Positions 10,540 to 20,258 of a DNA stretch of 64,000 bases are shown here, one piece after another. The notes beneath the pieces were generated by a model. It saw nothing but the letters and a program-made list of their open reading frames with translations, was not told the DNA's origin and searched no databases. The position numbers and the translations under genes are program-made. The stretch is from Spirochaetia bacterium (GTDB lineage Bacteria; Spirochaetota; Spirochaetia; UBA9216): contig OZ223264.1 in assembly GCA_965140585.1 (NCBI GenBank), positions 672,001-736,000 of the forward strand, written 5' to 3'. Each line of letters starts with the position of its first letter. The stretch's first letter is position 1.

Positions 10540-10914
10540 ATGGGATTAAGAGCTGTTATAGCTGATGATGAGATAATCCTCAGAGTATTTCTGTCAATGA
10601 CACTGACCGGCTTTGGAATTGAGATTCAGTCTGAGGCTCAGGATGGTTCAGAGGTCGTAAAGGCTGTGCGAGCTCACAAGCCCGATGTCGCTTTTCTTGA
10701 TATTAATATGGCTTCAAAGGAGGACGGTCTTGATGCCTGTGAGATAATCAAGACTGAAAATCCGGATACAAAGGTGATCTTTATCTCAGCCTATCCTGAA
10801 AAAATGTTTGCCGGCCGGCTTTCATCGATGTCCTATGACGGCTATCTTGAGAAGCCGGTAAACAAAGCTCATCTTAAAAATTATCTAAGCTCCAAGTTTC
10901 CTGATTCCTTCTGA
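10540..10914 (+). CDS. Single-domain response regulator (receiver only)
   Basis: IADDE, FLDINM (phospho-Asp), DGLD, FISAY, YLEKP; AGGAG SD. Confidence 0.88.
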   Translation: MGLRAVIADDEIILRVFLSMTLTGFGIEIQSEAQDGSEVVKAVRAHKPDVAFLDINMASKEDGLDACEIIKTENPDTKVIFISAYPEKMFAGRLSSMSYDGYLEKPVNKAHLKNYLSSKFPDSF

Positions 10915-12125
10915 TTTTTCAGCCGCCGCAGTCTGAACGAATCAAGCTTTCTTTTTATCCAGCCGCCTTTCTCTATTTCAGCCATGGCGGATAAATTTCC
11001 CTCTGCAATGATATCTCCATCTGAGTCTGCAAGCTTCCATACTCCAAGTATATCACCCCTGTTTATAGGAGCCTCCAGCGGGGATGCTGGAATGTCAATG
11101 TATTGGGCATCAATTAAATCTGAGTATTTCAGGCATATCGCACCTGCATGTTCTCTTTCAGCGGCAGCAAACTCGCGCTGCCCCTTCCAGACCTTCATCT
11201 CGGTATATGCGTTTTTACCGGGACTGAATACTGTCCATGCCTCAAATCCGTAAGTAAAAAGAATTGAAACATCGACAAGCCTTTTAAGGTTTCCATCTGA
11301 TGTGGTGTTTCCCTGTCCACCCATAAGGATGACCAGAAGCCTTCTTTCGTTCTGCATGCAGGTGGCGGCTATGTTAAAGCCCGATTCATCGATGTATCCG
11401 GTTTTTAAACCGTCGACACCCGGATATCTTCCGGCCAGCTGGTTATGGTTGTACTGAGTTATTGGGCCGTAAACACTCTCGCCGCTGTCGGGAAGATTTT
11501 TCTCAGCCGGGTAGGTAAACTCCGGTATTGCGTGAAAAAGCTCAAGAGCTTCAGGGTGTTCGCTTATATAGAAGCTGCAGAACTCAGCATACTCCCTTGA
11601 TGTTGTACTGTTTTCTGCTGAATATCCGGAGGTATCGTCAAAAGCTGTGTTTTGCAGCCCCAGCCTCTCCGCCTCTGCATTCATCATCCTGATAAATTCC
11701 GGAGTGCTTCCTGCAATGAAGTCGGCCACAGCCACTGCTGCATCGTTACCGGAGGGAATTGCCAGCCCGATAAGCAGTTCGGCAAGCGTTACCTTCTGGC
11801 CTTCTTCTATAAACATAAGAGAAGAGTGGGGCGGCTGGTTCCGGAAGTCGGCATTTCTGCCTATTGTTACATAATCATCAAGGCTGCACTGTCCGTTTCT
11901 GACTGCTTCGAGTGCAATGTGTATCGTCATCAGTTTTGTCATTGATGCGGGGGGGATAACCGTATCCGCATTTTTTTCAAACAGTACGGTTCCTGTTCCC
12001 ATATCTATAAGAATTGCCGATTCTGCATTGATTACCGGAAAGGCTGATTCTGCGGCGGGAAGCCTGAATATGGTTATCACAAACAGCAGCAAAAGGCTGA
12101 TTTTTCGAAGTATTGATTTCTGCAT
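10881..12125 (-). CDS. dacA: D-alanyl-D-alanine carboxypeptidase (peptidase S11)
   Basis: PASMTKLMT (SxxK), SGNDAA (SxN), GLKTGY (KTG); signal peptide. Confidence 0.92.
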   Translation of the reverse strand: MQKSILRKISLLLLFVITIFRLPAAESAFPVINAESAILIDMGTGTVLFEKNADTVIPPASMTKLMTIHIALEAVRNGQCSLDDYVTIGRNADFRNQPPHSSLMFIEEGQKVTLAELLIGLAIPSGNDAAVAVADFIAGSTPEFIRMMNAEAERLGLQNTAFDDTSGYSAENSTTSREYAEFCSFYISEHPEALELFHAIPEFTYPAEKNLPDSGESVYGPITQYNHNQLAGRYPGVDGLKTGYIDESGFNIAATCMQNERRLLVILMGGQGNTTSDGNLKRLVDVSILFTYGFEAWTVFSPGKNAYTEMKVWKGQREFAAAEREHAGAICLKYSDLIDAQYIDIPASPLEAPINRGDILGVWKLADSDGDIIAEGNLSAMAEIEKGGWIKRKLDSFRLRRLKNQKESGNLELR

Positions 12126-12192
12126 GTCTATTAATAATAGCAGAAAAGCAAAAAGTCAAATGACAGATCTTTATGATGAGAGGTAATTAAGT

Positions 12193-13431
12193 CTATTCTC
12201 CTATAGATTCCTCTTCATAGTCTTCGGAAAGGTTGAAATCGCGCAGCTGCAGGAACATCCGGTCGGTTTCTTCTTCGCTTAAAGGAATAATGGTAGATAT
12301 AGATCTGCTGCCTTCCGCAATATCAGCACCGGAGGCATGGTAGGGTCTTATAGCCGGATCACCCATTATAATCATTCCGAGAAACCAATTGTCATCGGTA
12401 TAGCCGGAATTGTTGTACCAGACTCTGTATGCGGCGCCCCAGCAGGCCCCTTCACCCAGCGCTTTATTGAACTCGACCGGATAGTATATGCCTCCGGTTT
12501 TCGTCGAGCCTATGACAGCAATGGCTGAATCGGTTTCAAGCAGGTAGTTTGAGGCCAGGTTGTTCACAGTGAATCTTGCCGCCTGACAGTCGAAGAGATT
12601 GTAAAAGTTGGCTTTAAGGTTGTTAGCTCCTATATCGCTGGCCCTCATCAGATCATATGTGTCGCCTTCGTCAAAGAACAGAACCGGTGGAGCGGCATGT
12701 ACCCACTGATATACAAACTCATAACCATCGCCGGCAACCTGCTCAATGTAGCTTTCCCGCAGGGTTGTTTCGGGGTCCTGCAGAATCTTTACGCTGCTGT
12801 AAAGTGAATCAAGACCGAGGCTGTTGCTTCGGTAATTCGACTGCCAGTCATCATCCTTGAATATCAGCGCGTCGTCATAAATCATTCCTGTACCACTGCG
12901 GTAGGCTGATAATTTATCAAAATAGAAGTTGAGTTCTTCAGCCGAGCCTGTAATTCGTGAAATATAGAAATCAACTTCAATATCGCTGTGCTCATCAAGG
13001 TAACCATTCCCGTCTGTGTCGGACCAGACCGAATCCAGATCCATATAATAGAGATCGGCTGGAAACACTTCTTCCTCGCCGAAGGCCTCCTGCTCATACC
13101 ATGCAACCGGAAGATTTCCTACAAAAAAAGCGCAGGTGTGATCGGTTGATGAGGCAATCAGTCTGTCTTTGAGTTCCGTGTAATTGTCGGTATTTTCCCA
13201 GATTATTACAGATGAGCTCACGCCCTCCGCACTTAGATCTCTTTGATATTTTGAAATTCCAGCTTCAGTTTCCAGGGCTATTTCACTATCCACCACTATT
13301 AATACTGCTTCCGGAAGGTATTCATCAGGGCTAAGGCTATCTTTTAAAATGAAGAGAGAACATCCTGAAAGGCCGATAAAAAAATAAAAGACAGCAAGCA
13401 CAGTAAGTAAAAAAATCAGCCTTCGGTTCAT
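12193..13431 (-). CDS. Lipoprotein with peptidase C25 (gingipain)-like domain
   Basis: Lipobox LSGC; FFVGNLPV, PADLYYMDLD, ISRI, WVHA and LFDCQA (candidate His/Cys dyad), MGDPAI. ATG chosen at 13431 because of the TTGAAT-16-TATAAT promoter upstream. Confidence 0.6.
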   Translation of the reverse strand: MNRRLIFLLTVLAVFYFFIGLSGCSLFILKDSLSPDEYLPEAVLIVVDSEIALETEAGISKYQRDLSAEGVSSSVIIWENTDNYTELKDRLIASSTDHTCAFFVGNLPVAWYEQEAFGEEEVFPADLYYMDLDSVWSDTDGNGYLDEHSDIEVDFYISRITGSAEELNFYFDKLSAYRSGTGMIYDDALIFKDDDWQSNYRSNSLGLDSLYSSVKILQDPETTLRESYIEQVAGDGYEFVYQWVHAAPPVLFFDEGDTYDLMRASDIGANNLKANFYNLFDCQAARFTVNNLASNYLLETDSAIAVIGSTKTGGIYYPVEFNKALGEGACWGAAYRVWYNNSGYTDDNWFLGMIIMGDPAIRPYHASGADIAEGSRSISTIIPLSEEETDRMFLQLRDFNLSEDYEEESIGE

Positions 13432-13511
13432 ACCCAAATTATAGTGATGCAGGATTAATATTCAAGTTTTCTGGACATTTTTAGCGAAAATCCTGTATAT
13501 TCATACTATAA

Positions 13512-14711
13512 TTGAAATGTAAATTAAAAAAGGAGTGCGTTTTGAACAGTCTGAAACGTCCCGGAAGTATTCTCTTTTTTTCTCTGCTGCTTATTTTAAC
13601 CCCACTGGTAACTGTCATTCTGAATGCTTATATAAATATGATTCCGCTCTGGGGCCGCGGTAATATTTTTACCAGACTTGCGATTTCCGATATTATTATT
13701 TTATGCCTATACCCCATAGCCGCCATCGCCGTCTACACGGTTCATAAGGCCGGCTGGTGGGTTTTTATGGTAACCGCAGCTACGATGATTGTTTATAACA
13801 TTACAGCATATGCGGCAAATCCAATGATCTCGCTGGGCGGAATGATTATGTTTAATCTGGTGCTTTTTGCTGCAGCAGGTTTCTTTTTCAGAAAACATAT
13901 AATTGCTCCGTATTTCAACCCTCGGCTGAGGTGGTGGGAACAGGCCAGAAGATACGAAATCGATCTCGGTGTTTCTATTGAATATGCAGGAATGGCAGAG
14001 CTTGGCTACCTGGAAGATATCTCACTCGGCGGCTGCTTTATCAGAATCGCAGAGAAGATTGATACAGGTCATATCTATCCCTTAAGAATCTATATGGGCA
14101 ACAGTATTTCAGTTGCTTTAAAAGGCCGGGTAATGCGCAGTGTTCTGGATGACTGCAGCCTTCCGGGCTACGGAATAATGTTTGTAAATATCTCCGAAAC
14201 AGAAAAAGAGGGTGTTGAACATATAATTGCAATGCTCCACCTGCTGGGAGTAGGTGCAATTACCGAGGTTGAATCAGCTGAGGAAAAGAGACTTTACAGC
14301 CGCTATTCGGTCAATATAAATGTTTCGCTCCGCTTCCAGGGGAATATTAACCCTGCAAAGCTTGTTAATGTATCAAGTACCGGAGCCTGTCTTGAAACCT
14401 CGCTTGATATCAAGATGGGAGAGCTCTGCGGCTTCTTCTGTACGGTCGGTTATGATTCTGCTGATATAGACGGTGTTGTTAAATGGAAGAAAAAGGTTAA
14501 AGATTTCTACCATTACGGACTTCTGTTCATCAATATGAATTCTGAACAGCGCAAACAGGTGGCTGCTCTGCTTAAGACTATCCGCAAGCTCGGCGGCCGG
14601 GCCCGAAAGCGTGATTTGGAACTTTACGATAAGATGGTTGAAAACACTTTGCCTGAAACCCCCTACCGGATTTTCCACCGGCACAAGGATGATTCAGATA
14701 AAAAATCTTAA
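13512..14711 (+). CDS. Membrane protein with two PilZ domains
   Basis: About 4 N-terminal TM helices, then PYFNPRLRWWEQARRY...DISLGG and EKRLYSRY...NVSSTG (RxxxR and D/NxSxxG motifs). True start may be the TTG near 13542 after AGGAG. Confidence 0.8.
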   Translation: MKCKLKKECVLNSLKRPGSILFFSLLLILTPLVTVILNAYINMIPLWGRGNIFTRLAISDIIILCLYPIAAIAVYTVHKAGWWVFMVTAATMIVYNITAYAANPMISLGGMIMFNLVLFAAAGFFFRKHIIAPYFNPRLRWWEQARRYEIDLGVSIEYAGMAELGYLEDISLGGCFIRIAEKIDTGHIYPLRIYMGNSISVALKGRVMRSVLDDCSLPGYGIMFVNISETEKEGVEHIIAMLHLLGVGAITEVESAEEKRLYSRYSVNINVSLRFQGNINPAKLVNVSSTGACLETSLDIKMGELCGFFCTVGYDSADIDGVVKWKKKVKDFYHYGLLFINMNSEQRKQVAALLKTIRKLGGRARKRDLELYDKMVENTLPETPYRIFHRHKDDSDKKS

Positions 14712-14718
14712 GAGCTTC

Positions 14719-15612
14719 TTAGAACAGCATGTTCTTAAGCAGTCCGTCGTTACGGCGCCATTTGGGATTCACCTTAACCCTCAAATCAAGGCTTACCCTG
14801 TATGGAAACAGCTGGTTAAGCTCCTTCTGGGCTTCAAGCCGAATCCTTTTAATGTTTTCTCCGCCGCGTCCGACAAGAATGCCCTTCTGACTGTCTCTTT
14901 CCGCCGTTAGAAAAGCCCTCACCCACAGCTTTTTTACTTCGCCTTCTTCGTCCCTGTCCGCCTCCATGTCGGCAATTTCAACATAGATGGAATGGGGAAG
15001 CTCCTGTCTCGAACCTGTGATGGCCTTTTCCCTTATTACTTCCATTATACGGAATGAGGGTTCCTGATCTGTGTAATAATCCTCAGGATAAAGCGCAAAG
15101 CCTTCCGGCGCCAGCTCATAGAGCGCCTTGAGAATATCCTCCACATTGGTTCCCTTTTCGGCTGAAATTCCTATCATTCCTGCAGGATGTGAACCTGCTG
15201 TTTCTCCAATGAAATCCACTATTTCCTGAGGCTTTGATTCGGGCAGATCTGTTTTATTCAGCGCAACTATTGTACGGCTGAAATAGGGTTCGAGCATGGA
15301 AAGAACTTCTTTTTCTTCTGCTCCGGGTTTTCTTGCTGTATCTATTACATAAAGAAAAAGGTCGGCGTCTTCAAGTGCCGAGCCTGCGAGGTCTTTCAGG
15401 TAATTATTGAACTTCTTATCCGAGATATGGTATCCGGGGGTGTCTATGAAAACCAGCTGGCCTTCCTCTCTGGTTATGATTCCGCGAATTTTATTTCTGG
15501 TAGTCTGGGGTACCGGTGATACTATTGAGACTTTTTCACCGCAGATGCTGTTTATTAGGGTCGATTTTCCGGCAGAAGGCCGTCCTATGATAGATATATA
15601 TGCTGACTTCAT
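14719..15612 (-). CDS. era: GTPase Era
   Basis: GRPSAGKST, PQTTR, DTPG, NKTD, ISA, C-terminal KH domain (SQKGILVGRGG). Confidence 0.96.
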   Translation of the reverse strand: MKSAYISIIGRPSAGKSTLINSICGEKVSIVSPVPQTTRNKIRGIITREEGQLVFIDTPGYHISDKKFNNYLKDLAGSALEDADLFLYVIDTARKPGAEEKEVLSMLEPYFSRTIVALNKTDLPESKPQEIVDFIGETAGSHPAGMIGISAEKGTNVEDILKALYELAPEGFALYPEDYYTDQEPSFRIMEVIREKAITGSRQELPHSIYVEIADMEADRDEEGEVKKLWVRAFLTAERDSQKGILVGRGGENIKRIRLEAQKELNQLFPYRVSLDLRVKVNPKWRRNDGLLKNMLF

Positions 15613-15690
15613 TTGCTAATTGTAGTAAATTCTATACAATTGACAAGAGGCTTTGCGTCATGTTACATAAAAACAGGAGTAGTTATTTTT

Positions 15691-16278
15691 ATGAGTGAAG
15701 AAGAAAGAGAATGCAATAAGGATAAAGCGGAAAATCCTGATGCGGTATCTGAAAAAATACTGAAGACAAGAACAATTCTGCTTTCCGGAGAAGTAAACAA
15801 GGAGCTCGCTGAAAAGGTTGTAAAACAGCTTCTGATCCTTGAAGCCGAAAGCGATGAGCCAATCAAAGTTTTCATTGACTCTCCCGGCGGTGATGTTGAT
15901 GCAGGCTATGCAATCTTCGATATGATCAGATTTGTAAAACCTGATGTTTATACCGTTGGAATGGGACTGGTCGCAAGTGCGGGTGCGCTTATCCTGCTTG
16001 CTGCGCCGAAGGAAAGAAGACTCGGCCTCCCCAATTCACACTACCTTATTCATCAGCCGCTTTCTGGTATGCGAGGCGTTGCAACTGAAATTGAGATACA
16101 CGCGAAAGAACTTGAGAAAACCAGGCAGAAGCTGAATCAGCTTATTTCGGATGAAACCGGACAGTCCCTGGATCGTGTTGAAAAAGATACAGACCGGGAT
16201 TACTGGCTTAGTGCTCCTGATGCTCTTGAGTACGGGCTTATATCCAGGGTAATCAGCAGCAGGAGTGAACTGGCCTGA
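15691..16278 (+). CDS. clpP: ATP-dependent Clp protease proteolytic subunit
   Basis: FIDSPGG, GLVASAG (catalytic Ser), IHQP, DTDRDYWL. Start placed at ATG 15691 after AGGAG rather than at 15613. Confidence 0.93.
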   Translation: MSEEERECNKDKAENPDAVSEKILKTRTILLSGEVNKELAEKVVKQLLILEAESDEPIKVFIDSPGGDVDAGYAIFDMIRFVKPDVYTVGMGLVASAGALILLAAPKERRLGLPNSHYLIHQPLSGMRGVATEIEIHAKELEKTRQKLNQLISDETGQSLDRVEKDTDRDYWLSAPDALEYGLISRVISSRSELA

Positions 16279-17237
16279 TGAAAAGAGAAGAAATAGCATC
16301 ATACATGGGAAGTGTTTTCGGCGGATTTGCCGGAAGCGATGTGGCAAAAACACCGGGATATATTTCCGGTAAGGTACGTGATATCTTTCCGTCCGGTGAG
16401 CACAAACTTGTTATTGCAACCTCTGATAGAATATCAGCTTTCGACCGGATTCTTTCCACTATCCCCTGCAAGGGTGAACTGCTTAACCGCATTTCCCTTT
16501 TCTGGTTTGAACAGACTGCCGATATCGTTTCCAACCATATCGCTGAACAGGTAACCGCACGTACTGTTGCAGTAAAGAAATGCGAGGTTCTGCCGGTTGA
16601 GGTGATTGTCCGCGGCTATCTCACAGGTTCAGCCTGGAGAGATTACCAGGCCGGAAAGGATATATCCGGAATAAAGCTTCCCGCCGGAATGAAGATGAAT
16701 CAGAAGTTTGAACAGCCGCTGCTTACACCGTCCACAAAGGCGGAAATCGGTGAGCATGATATGCCGATCAGCTGTGAAGATATTGTAAAGACAGGGCTTG
16801 TTGAAAAGGAGCTCTGGGCGAAGGTTGAGAAGGCTGCAGTCTCGTTGTTCAACCGCGGAAGTAAGATGCTTGAAAAGCAGGGGCTTATTCTGGTTGATAC
16901 AAAGTATGAGTTCGGTCTGCTTGACGGCGAACTTATACTGGTAGATGAAGTTCATACCCCTGATTCAAGCCGTTTCTGGTATGCCGATACCTATGAAGAT
17001 CTTTTTGCAAAGGGTGAAGAACAGCGCAAGATAGACAAGGAATATCTTCGTCAGTGGCTTATAAAAGAAAAAAACTTCATGGGTGAGGGCGAATCACCAG
17101 AGATCCCCGATGAAGTACGAATTGAAGTTGCATGGAGATACATTCAGGCTTATGAGCAGATAACCGGAACCGAATTTGTTCCTCAGTCTCTTGCCGAATC
17201 CGAAGAGGTTAAGGCTATTACATCCTACCTTGCATAA
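16278..17237 (+). CDS. purC: Phosphoribosylaminoimidazolesuccinocarboxamide (SAICAR) synthase
   Basis: GKVRD, SDRISAFD, EVIVRGYLTGS, TPSTKA, LVDTKYEFG, DEVHTPDSSRFW, DKEYLR; start overlaps the clpP stop (TGATG). Confidence 0.96.
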   Translation: MKREEIASYMGSVFGGFAGSDVAKTPGYISGKVRDIFPSGEHKLVIATSDRISAFDRILSTIPCKGELLNRISLFWFEQTADIVSNHIAEQVTARTVAVKKCEVLPVEVIVRGYLTGSAWRDYQAGKDISGIKLPAGMKMNQKFEQPLLTPSTKAEIGEHDMPISCEDIVKTGLVEKELWAKVEKAAVSLFNRGSKMLEKQGLILVDTKYEFGLLDGELILVDEVHTPDSSRFWYADTYEDLFAKGEEQRKIDKEYLRQWLIKEKNFMGEGESPEIPDEVRIEVAWRYIQAYEQITGTEFVPQSLAESEEVKAITSYLA

Positions 17238-17283
17238 TTCAGAAAATAGCTTAAGTCGTGTCAATATGCGGCTCAAATTATAG

Positions 17284-17315
17284 AGGCTGTCCGTGATACG
17301 GGACAGCCTTTTTTT
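17284..17315 (+). terminator. Rho-independent terminator after clpP-purC
   Basis: AGGCTGTCC-GTGATACG-GGACAGCCT followed by a T run. Confidence 0.75.
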
Positions 17316-17328
17316 ATTACTTAACCGG

Positions 17329-17742
17329 TCATTCACCGATTATCTTAACCAGCACACGTTTTTTTCTTCTGCCGTCAAACTCTCCGTAACAGATGTTCTC
17401 CCAGGTTCCCAGATCAAGCTTGCCGCCGGTGACAGCCACGACTGTTTCCCTTCCCAGAATCTGACGTTTCAGATGCCCGTCTCCGTTATCCTGGCCGATA
17501 TTATGCCGATATCCGGTTCTTTTGTACGGGGCAAGTCCTTCCAGCCAGTCCAGGTGATCCTGATGAATAGCGTCCTCTGCTTCTGTGACAAAGACGCTGG
17601 CTGTTATATGCATTGCGTTTACAAGACAGAGGCCTTCCTGTATGCCGCTATCAGAAAGACAGTCTTCAACCTCGGAGGTGATATTCATTATCTGATACCG
17701 TTCGGTTGTATTGAAAAATAATTCCTTTCTATAGCTTTTCAT
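17329..17742 (-). CDS. yjbQ: YjbQ/UPF0047 family protein
   Basis: [31 protein letters not shown]. Confidence 0.9.
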   Translation of the reverse strand: MKSYRKELFFNTTERYQIMNITSEVEDCLSDSGIQEGLCLVNAMHITASVFVTEAEDAIHQDHLDWLEGLAPYKRTGYRHNIGQDNGDGHLKRQILGRETVVAVTGGKLDLGTWENICYGEFDGRRKKRVLVKIIGE

Positions 17743-17809
17743 ACTTTAATTCTCGTATTTTAAAGTCCTGATTTCAATCGTTGGGGATAAATACGGGTTT
17801 AAATCCTGT

Positions 17810-18859
17810 ATGAGAATCATTTGCTTTCTTTCAGCTCTGATGCTTCTGCTGCTGTCATGCAGCTGCGGCGGTCAGGAAGATACTGAAATAACTATAATGT
17901 CCTGGAATGTTCAGAACTTCTTTGATGATATCAGCGATGGAACGGAATACAGCGAATTCGATCCTTCGGAAGGCGACTGGAATACCGACTGTTTCAATCA
18001 GAAGGCTGCAGCCCTGGCGGAAGTCATTCAGTCTGTTAAGCCTTCAGGGCCAGAGGTCGTTGTTCTGCAGGAAGTTGAAAATGAAAATGCGCTTAATCTT
18101 CTGAAGGATATGTATCTGAAAGAGTGCGGATACATCTGGTCGGCATTTCTTCCTACTCAGGATTCAGCTGTGAGTAATGCTGTTTTAAGCAGACTTGAAA
18201 TAGAGGAAATTATAACACATACAGTTTATCTTGATTCTACAGCAGCAGGCAGGTCAATCGGAGAGGTTCGGCTTAAGGCGGATGATTTTTCCGAGATATA
18301 TCTTTTTGTAAACCACTGGAAATCAAGATCCGGAGGTGCTGAGGAGACCGAACCACGGCGTATTGCTGCTTCAAGGCGGCTGGCGGCATTGATTAAGGTG
18401 CCGCAATCCGTCAGCAAATCCTCCGGTACGGAAAATATACAGGAACGTCTGATTATAGCAGCAGGAGATTTTAATGAGTCATGGGATGAGCAAAACCGGG
18501 TTGATGGGACTTATGAGGTTGCACTTGGAATAGGCATTGATGAAAAGAAATCTCAATGTTTAAGGAGCGCTGACGCTCAAACGGTTCTGGCGTCCGAATC
18601 TGATAGTCTGATGTATAACCCCTGGATTGACTGCGACTCTTCGGGCAGCTACAGTTACAGGGGCAGCTGGGAGGCTCTGGATCAATTCTTTTTTGACAGG
18701 CAAGCCATTGACGGGAGGGGGCTGGAGTTTAAATCTTTTATGGTATATCAGCCGGATTTCATGCTTACAGAATACAAAACCCCTCTCCGCTGGATTACTT
18801 CAGCGAAAGAGGGGTATTCCGACCACTTTCCGGTCATTGCTGTACTGGAAAGGCTGTGA
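17810..18859 (+). CDS. Endonuclease/exonuclease/phosphatase family lipoprotein
   Basis: Lipobox LSC; SWNVQNFFD, LQEVEN, NHWKS, GDFN, LDQ, GYSDHFP. Confidence 0.88.
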   Translation: MRIICFLSALMLLLLSCSCGGQEDTEITIMSWNVQNFFDDISDGTEYSEFDPSEGDWNTDCFNQKAAALAEVIQSVKPSGPEVVVLQEVENENALNLLKDMYLKECGYIWSAFLPTQDSAVSNAVLSRLEIEEIITHTVYLDSTAAGRSIGEVRLKADDFSEIYLFVNHWKSRSGGAEETEPRRIAASRRLAALIKVPQSVSKSSGTENIQERLIIAAGDFNESWDEQNRVDGTYEVALGIGIDEKKSQCLRSADAQTVLASESDSLMYNPWIDCDSSGSYSYRGSWEALDQFFFDRQAIDGRGLEFKSFMVYQPDFMLTEYKTPLRWITSAKEGYSDHFPVIAVLERL

Positions 18860-18866
18860 ACTATTT

Positions 18867-19529
18867 TTATGATTCGTTAATTTCCGGAAGGTTGTTGGCT
18901 ACATTTACCTGATAGAAAAGATGCTCTAGCTCAAGGCATATATTGATGTTGTGTATTGTGCACTGGAGATTGTCGTCAGCAAGCTCTCCGCCTTTCCCTG
19001 TCCGTAATTCTATTGTTGCGAAGTTCAGGACGCCCCTTATTCCTGCATCAATCATTGTTTCAAGAGTCTGGGCCGCCGCACTGTCAGGCACTGCTATTAT
19101 TCCTACCCTGGTTCCGTTTTTCTGGACATATTCCTTCATTTCACGCATATGATATATCGGAACTCCGGACGTTTTGGAAACATTCTCGGGCGCTATATCA
19201 AAGCCCGCTACTATCTTGATCCCTTCATTTCTGAACTCTTCGTACTGCATGAGTGCAGTACCGATACGGCCGCAGCCTGCAACGATGACCTCCTGTGGTT
19301 TGTCCCGGCCGAGTACAACGTCGAGTTTTTCTATAAGCATGTCTATATCGTAGCCCCCGCGTTTGTTTCCGGGAAGGTTAAGTACCGAAAAGTCTTTTCT
19401 GACCAGTGATGGTGCTACGGCAATCGCATCTCCAAGGTTGTTTGAGAACACCCGTTCAAGTCCGAGTGCTTTAAGTTTGTATAGAAGTCTCTTATATTTG
19501 GACAGTCTGAGGATGAGTTCCTTATTCAT
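18867..19529 (-). CDS. rex: Redox-sensing transcriptional repressor Rex
   Basis: RLSKY.R, VRKDFS, G..GGY, Rossmann GCGRIG.AL, GFDI, GVLNF. Confidence 0.93.
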   Translation of the reverse strand: MNKELILRLSKYKRLLYKLKALGLERVFSNNLGDAIAVAPSLVRKDFSVLNLPGNKRGGYDIDMLIEKLDVVLGRDKPQEVIVAGCGRIGTALMQYEEFRNEGIKIVAGFDIAPENVSKTSGVPIYHMREMKEYVQKNGTRVGIIAVPDSAAAQTLETMIDAGIRGVLNFATIELRTGKGGELADDNLQCTIHNINICLELEHLFYQVNVANNLPEINES

Positions 19530-19549
19530 GAATTTAAAAAATCTCCTTG

Positions 19550-19690
19550 TTGTGAAGTATTTCGTATCTTAGTCGTTTTAATGCGTCTCTATTCACAATA
19601 TATAGACATTATACGTATATTATGAGAAAAAAACAATTGAAAAAACAAAAAAAAATGTTTTTGAAGCCTGATTGGTGATATATTGCACAT
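19550..19690. promoter_or_regulatory. Putative Rex operators in the divergent rex/hydrogenase intergenic region
   Basis: TTGTGAAGTATTTCGTAT (19550-19567), half-site TTCACAA (19592-19598) and TGGTGATATATTGCACAT (19673-19690), compared with Rex consensus TTGTGAA-N4-TTCACAA; TTGACA at 19699. Confidence 0.5.
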
Positions 19691-19766
19691 TATATGTATT
19701 GACATTTTACTTAATAAGATCCAGATTTTTACCTGGTAAATCCCAAAAATTCAAACAGGAGGATCT

Positions 19767-20255
19767 ATGGCTGTAGAAACAGCTCCTCAGATCGAGTTCT
19801 CCAGTGGACTCGTTTCATTTATTGAGGAATGGAAGAACAAACCTGGAAATCTGATTATGGTACTTCACAAGGTGCAGGAAGAATTTGGCTATATTCCAAG
19901 AGAAGCCGCAATCAAAGTTTCCGACATGCTCGATACACCGCTGGCCAAGATTTATGGTGTAATTACTTTTTATCATTTTTTTAAACTTGATAAACCCGGA
20001 AAATACAATATTCAGGTATGCATGGGAACTGCATGTTATCTGAAAGGCGGAGAAGACTTAATCAAAGAGCTTGAGACTCTTCTTGGTATTGCCGTAAACG
20101 AGGTAACTGATGACGGTCTTTTTTCTATAGAATCGGTCCGATGCGTAGGCTGCTGCGGCCTTGCCCCGGTGATGATAGTTGACGGAGAAGTCTACGGTAA
20201 AGTTGCGAAAGACGAACTACCGGAAGTACTTGCTAAATTCCGATCCAGAGGCTGA
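19767..20255 (+). CDS. hydC: [FeFe]-hydrogenase NuoE-like [2Fe-2S] subunit (HydC/HndA)
   Basis: LHKVQEEFGYIP, VITFYHFF, CMGTAC, CVGCCGLAP. Confidence 0.92.
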   Translation: MAVETAPQIEFSSGLVSFIEEWKNKPGNLIMVLHKVQEEFGYIPREAAIKVSDMLDTPLAKIYGVITFYHFFKLDKPGKYNIQVCMGTACYLKGGEDLIKELETLLGIAVNEVTDDGLFSIESVRCVGCCGLAPVMIVDGEVYGKVAKDELPEVLAKFRSRG

Positions 20256-20258
20256 TTA

